A DNA stretch of 64,000 nt, from contig JBNKOC010000003.1 in assembly GCA_050294405.1 (NCBI GenBank), forward strand, positions 1 to 64,000. Direction: 5' to 3'. The position numbers were made by a program, and so were the translations under genes. Positions 60,059-64,000 of this stretch are shown piece after piece (position 1 is the first letter of the stretch; every line of letters starts with the position of its first letter). The stretch comes from Fibrobacteria bacterium (lineage in GTDB: Bacteria; Fibrobacterota; Fibrobacteria; UBA11236; JADFYW01). The notes beneath the pieces are model-generated. The model did no database searches. It was not told the origin of the DNA and saw only the letters and a list, made by a program, of their open reading frames with translations.

Positions 60059-62083
60059 TCAGTGCTTTATAGCTGCCGGCTCAAGTTTTGACACAACGGG
60101 CAGGTGTATATGAAAAGAAGTTCCTTTGCCCACTTCGCTGTCCACAGTTATTCGCCCCTTATGTTTTTCAATAATATTATAGGATATGGACAGGCCTAAT
60201 CCTGTTCCAATGCCCACACCTTTGGTGGTATAACCGGGATCAAATATAAAGGGCAGCTTGCTTTTTTCGATGCCTTTACCGGTATCGGCAATAGTGATAA
60301 TAACTTCCCGGTTTTCGAAACGGGTGGTAAGTGTGATAGTGCCGCATTCGCTTATAGCCTGGCCGGCATTTACTAACATATTCATAAATACCTGGTTCAA
60401 CTGGTTTGGGTAACAATCTATTTGAGGGATATTCCCAAAATTTTTTATCACAACTATCCGGTTTTTGAATTGGTGGTTGACCAAATCTAAAGTGGAGTTG
60501 AGGCCCTCATGTATATCGGCTTTAAGGTATTCGGCTTCATCTATGCGGGAAAAGTTTTTAAGGCTTTTAACAATGTTAGATATCCGGCTGCAACCTTCGG
60601 TGATAATATTGTGGCAATCTTTAATTATTTCAAAAACCTTTCTGGCTTTTATATCTCCTTTAATATCATTTGAGCAGTCTCCCTCGTATATGTGGGTCAT
60701 TATTTTGTCTATAGCTCTGGATGCCGCGTTAGCCGAGCTGGAGACGGCTCCCACAGGATTATTAATTTCATGGGCGATACCTGCCACCAGGTTTCCCAGG
60801 GATGCCATTTTTTCGCTTTGCACCAAACGGGATTGGGCGTCCAACAATTCTTTTTTGGTGTTTTCCAGGGTTTCGATAGTATTGATTTGATCTGTGATGT
60901 CGGACAATCCGCCCACCACAACATCTTTGCCGTATAAACGGGAAAACACCAGATTTAACACGGCCCATATATAGCTTCCGTTACTTGTTCTGACTTTTAG
61001 TTCCTGATTCACCACCTTTTTGTTCATCAACAGGTCTGCAATGATTTTTTCCCTTTGTCCCGGGTCGTAATAAAAATCCGTGGTTTTCATTGTGAGCAGG
61101 GTTTCTTTGTCCACTCCCAGAAGATTGGACAGGTGATTGTTAACATATAAAAAAGTGCCGTCTTCCACTTTGCTGATGAGCAGGGGAACCGGAGAGGCAT
61201 TGACTATGGTCTGCAATTGCTCCTCAGCTTTAACCATGTCGGTAATGTCACGAAAAACCCAAATGGTGCCCATTTTGTTGTCGGCCATGGGGCTGACCGG
61301 CACGGCTACCACTGAAAATACTTTTTGCGAAGGAGGGGCCGCATTCAACCGGTTTTGCAACTGGTGTTCAAAACTGGAGGCATTGGGTTTTGTCTCATCC
61401 AGATGTTTGGCAGCGCGTTCCATTACATTGAATAAATCAGAAGGGTTTTCAAATTTACTGGAGATTTCTTCCTTAAATTTTTCAAAAGGTTGAAATACAA
61501 CATCCAAAAAATCCATGCCAAAATATTGTTTAACCTGTTCATTACATTGGGCCACATTTCCTTTGGTATCCACCAGCAAAATAACTGCGGGGAGAGCCTC
61601 CAAAATGGAGCGCAACTGGTAAGTGCTTTTAGTAAGTTTGGCTACCAGGTCATCCTGGGTTTGGGATTTAATTTCTAATTCTCCCAAGGCCTTTTTCAAA
61701 GAGCTGTTTAAGTCCGTATTTTTTTGATGCATGGAAAAGAAGTGCAAAGCCCTCTCAACCTGGGTCACAAATAGACTTTTGTCCACTGGCTTTACTAAAT
61801 AATCGAAGGCACCAGCCTTCATGGCTTCCACAATTAGCTGAGTGTCGGACATTGCCGTTAACATAATTACAGGAGTCATAGGATGAAGCTGTTTTATTTG
61901 GGGAAGGAGCTCCATTCCAGACAGTCCGGGCATCATATTATCCAGAACAATAAGGCTGTATTGCTTGTCTTTAAGTTTTGACAGAACATCGCTACTTTCT
62001 GAACAGAGCTCAACATTGGAATACCCCGAAGTTCCCAGCGAAAGCTTAAGGCTTCTTAAAAGGGCCGGTTCATCATCCACCAA
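60059..62083 (-). CDS. hybrid sensor histidine kinase REC-PAS-PAS-HisKA-HATPase
   Basis: VDDE..LDNMMP REC; two PAS regions; SEKMASLG..GIAHEINNP, LNQVFMNMLVNA, DTGKGI, GTGLGL; true start may be upstream (CTG 62119). Confidence 0.93.
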   Translation of the reverse strand: MVDDEPALLRSLKLSLGTSGYSNVELCSESSDVLSKLKDKQYSLIVLDNMMPGLSGMELLPQIKQLHPMTPVIMLTAMSDTQLIVEAMKAGAFDYLVKPVDKSLFVTQVERALHFFSMHQKNTDLNSSLKKALGELEIKSQTQDDLVAKLTKSTYQLRSILEALPAVILLVDTKGNVAQCNEQVKQYFGMDFLDVVFQPFEKFKEEISSKFENPSDLFNVMERAAKHLDETKPNASSFEHQLQNRLNAAPPSQKVFSVVAVPVSPMADNKMGTIWVFRDITDMVKAEEQLQTIVNASPVPLLISKVEDGTFLYVNNHLSNLLGVDKETLLTMKTTDFYYDPGQREKIIADLLMNKKVVNQELKVRTSNGSYIWAVLNLVFSRLYGKDVVVGGLSDITDQINTIETLENTKKELLDAQSRLVQSEKMASLGNLVAGIAHEINNPVGAVSSSANAASRAIDKIMTHIYEGDCSNDIKGDIKARKVFEIIKDCHNIITEGCSRISNIVKSLKNFSRIDEAEYLKADIHEGLNSTLDLVNHQFKNRIVVIKNFGNIPQIDCYPNQLNQVFMNMLVNAGQAISECGTITLTTRFENREVIITIADTGKGIEKSKLPFIFDPGYTTKGVGIGTGLGLSISYNIIEKHKGRITVDSEVGKGTSFHIHLPVVSKLEPAAIKH

Positions 62084-62133
62084 AAGGATGGTCAGGTTTT
62101 GAGATGTGAATTCAGACAGAATGCAGATTCCTT

Positions 62134-62616
62134 TTATATAAAGGTTTTTACAATTTCCGTTTGGATTTGGGAGAGATCCGCATGGGCTTTTGTGATTTCT
62201 TCCATCTTTTCCAGTAGTTTTTGGGAGAGAATGTGTTTTTCTATGCCATTGCGAATGATGATTAAAAAATCATCATTATCCCAGGGCTTCTCAATATAAT
62301 AAAACAGGCCAATTTCATTTATGGCTTTGATGGCGTTTTCCTTATCGGCATAGCCCGTTAAAATAATACGGGGGACTTCAGGTTTGACTGCCCGCACTTT
62401 CGAAAGAAAAGTAATACCGTCCATTTCCGGCATAAGGTAATCGGAGATAACCAAATTAACCGGATTGTTTACAACAAAATCCAAAGCCTTTTCGGCAGAG
62501 GTAAAGGTTTTTATGTCATAATCGGTTTCCAAAGCCAAAAGGGAACTCACGCTGGTTAGCACAATTTCTTCATCGTCTAACATGGCTATGGTTGGAACTG
62601 TGTTTGTTTTAATCAT
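62134..62616 (-). CDS. response regulator (REC + short coiled coil)
   Basis: LDDE, SDYLMP, LTGY, EKPW. Confidence 0.92.
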   Translation of the reverse strand: MIKTNTVPTIAMLDDEEIVLTSVSSLLALETDYDIKTFTSAEKALDFVVNNPVNLVISDYLMPEMDGITFLSKVRAVKPEVPRIILTGYADKENAIKAINEIGLFYYIEKPWDNDDFLIIIRNGIEKHILSQKLLEKMEEITKAHADLSQIQTEIVKTFI

Positions 62617-62708
62617 CCTATCTTCCTATCCAGGTTTTGTTTTGCCTGATATTTTAATCAAGCCAATAATAAATTAGCTTTTTTAATGGATTTTACACCA
62701 ATTTTGGT

Positions 62709-63155
62709 CTAGCGTGAGTCAGTTGGGCCTATCTGGCCCATAAGAGAGCGTAGCCTGCGGGAGAACTTTTTTAAAATTCCCTGGGTAATACGGATATTTT
62801 CAGAAAGGAGCTCCAAAAAATCTTCTTTGCTGATTTTTAGAAGATGGCTTTCTTCAGTGGTTGTGGCTGAAACCACCCGCATTTCATCGTCAAAAAGAGA
62901 CCAGGCGCCAAATTCTTTTTGGGGGCCGATGTTAGTCACTTCCTGTTTATTCCGATGGATTTTGATTTGTCCTGTGATAACCATATACATGGAATCGGAC
63001 AGCTCACCTTCCTGGTAAATGGTGTGGTTGGGTGGGAATATTTTTTCTTCAGAAATAAACGCAATTTTTGATAGGTCTTCGGAGGTGGTATACTCAAAAA
63101 TGTCTACCTCTTGAAGCAATATGACTTTTTGAATTGTGGTTAGGCTTTTTTCCAT
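62709..63155 (-). CDS. stand-alone cyclic nucleotide-binding domain protein
   Basis: IYQEGELSDSMYMVITGQIKI, FGAWSLFD..RVVSA. Confidence 0.9.
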   Translation of the reverse strand: MEKSLTTIQKVILLQEVDIFEYTTSEDLSKIAFISEEKIFPPNHTIYQEGELSDSMYMVITGQIKIHRNKQEVTNIGPQKEFGAWSLFDDEMRVVSATTTEESHLLKISKEDFLELLSENIRITQGILKKFSRRLRSLMGQIGPTDSR

Positions 63156-63172
63156 AATTATTTCATCCTGTC

Positions 63173-64000
63173 TTAACTAAGCTGAAGGGATTTATGGCGG
63201 GGAACCAGTCCTGCGGACTCCCGAAGAATCCCGAAAGGGCTTTGCATTAGTTCCACGATAATATTCTGTTCAATGGAAACCTGGTTTTGAATTAAAAGGT
63301 ATAAACTGCATGCAGCCAACCAGGGGTCATTTTCCTCAATCAAACTCATAAGCCACACTTCGGGCAAGGTTGATTTTATTGGGCTTTCGGATTGAAAAAG
63401 CCGGATTAAGCGGTTCACCGATTGTTTTTCCAAAATAGGGATTAAATATTGTTTAACTGCATTGGGCAAGAGTGCATCTAAAAATTCCAAGGCATCTGCG
63501 TTCAATCGGCTGGAACTGCTCTTTATTCCCAAATAAGCATTGTACAAATCGCCCTGCTTGTGACAAATACCCAGTAGCCTGAAAACAAGTTCCAGAAGCT
63601 GTTCCTTTTTGTCTTCTGAGGCGCGCAGCCATAATTTGCGGGCAGAGTTGTCTTTGTCCCATTTAGAAAGGCTTTTTGGTCCCGGATTTTTTATTAGCAA
63701 CTGGATATAATGTATGCGAAGCCAGTCCTTCAAAATTTTGATAACTTCAGAACGCAATACATTGGTTTGAAAAATAAGTTCCGGGTGATGTTTTTTGGTT
63801 TTCGTGAGGGCTTTAATAGCGGCCTGGTAGAATGGAAAGGAACTTCCCGGAAAATGTTTTTCTAATATTTTTATACTTCTCTGATTGGCTATTTCGCCGA
63901 GGATGATGGGCAGTTCCTGCAATACTTTTTCGTCAAAACGCTTCTCGGATAAACCCTCATCTATTTCTTTTTGAGTTAAAGCGTCCATTTCAACCAGGGC
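63173..64000 (-). CDS. HEAT-repeat protein, 5'-partial (resembles the C-terminus of NTT/TLC transporter-HEAT fusions)
   Basis: Frame open to the window edge; helical repeats, VFRLLG..DLYNAY.GI.S....ADALEFLDALL, DPWLAACSLY. Confidence 0.65.
   Translation of the reverse strand, partial: ALVEMDALTQKEIDEGLSEKRFDEKVLQELPIILGEIANQRSIKILEKHFPGSSFPFYQAAIKALTKTKKHHPELIFQTNVLRSEVIKILKDWLRIHYIQLLIKNPGPKSLSKWDKDNSARKLWLRASEDKKEQLLELVFRLLGICHKQGDLYNAYLGIKSSSSRLNADALEFLDALLPNAVKQYLIPILEKQSVNRLIRLFQSESPIKSTLPEVWLMSLIEENDPWLAACSLYLLIQNQVSIEQNIIVELMQSPFGILRESAGLVPRHKSLQLS

Noticed and set aside
1..64000. CRISPR arrays, tRNA/rRNA, transposases, phage or defence genes
   Set aside because: No regularly spaced repeats, RNA gene signatures or corresponding protein motifs were recognised by eye.

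Overview
This 64 kb window is gene-dense and AT-rich. It most likely comes from a Fibrobacterota genome, judged from three TIGR02147-like paralogs, a fibro-slime domain, a FISUMP/Fib_succ_major domain and many T9SS-like C-terminal tails. Envelope and secreted functions dominate: three tandem paralogous outer-membrane proteins plus a DUF1080 protein, two paralogous Ig-repeat lipoproteins, CAZymes (GH44, PL9, CE6, SGNH) and a sigma54-type PEP-CTERM gene. It also carries a TPR-fused rifampin ADP-ribosyltransferase, a cheA-W-mcp-R-D-B cluster without cheY, and a small patch of decayed genes (marR/doxX fused head-to-head, chrA pseudogene). Two candidate undescribed systems stand out. (1) At the right end, an exported atypical kinase-fold protein is co-transcribed with a POTRA-less Omp85. 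It is flanked by PhoD and by a HEAT/cNMP/REC/histidine-kinase operon whose HEAT protein resembles the tail of NTT (ATP/ADP translocase)-HEAT fusions. (2) A TIGR02147 HTH regulator plus lipoprotein module occurs three times, with candidate operator motifs. I saw no rRNA, tRNA, CRISPR array or transposase. All family calls come from recognising motifs by eye; no database searches were run.
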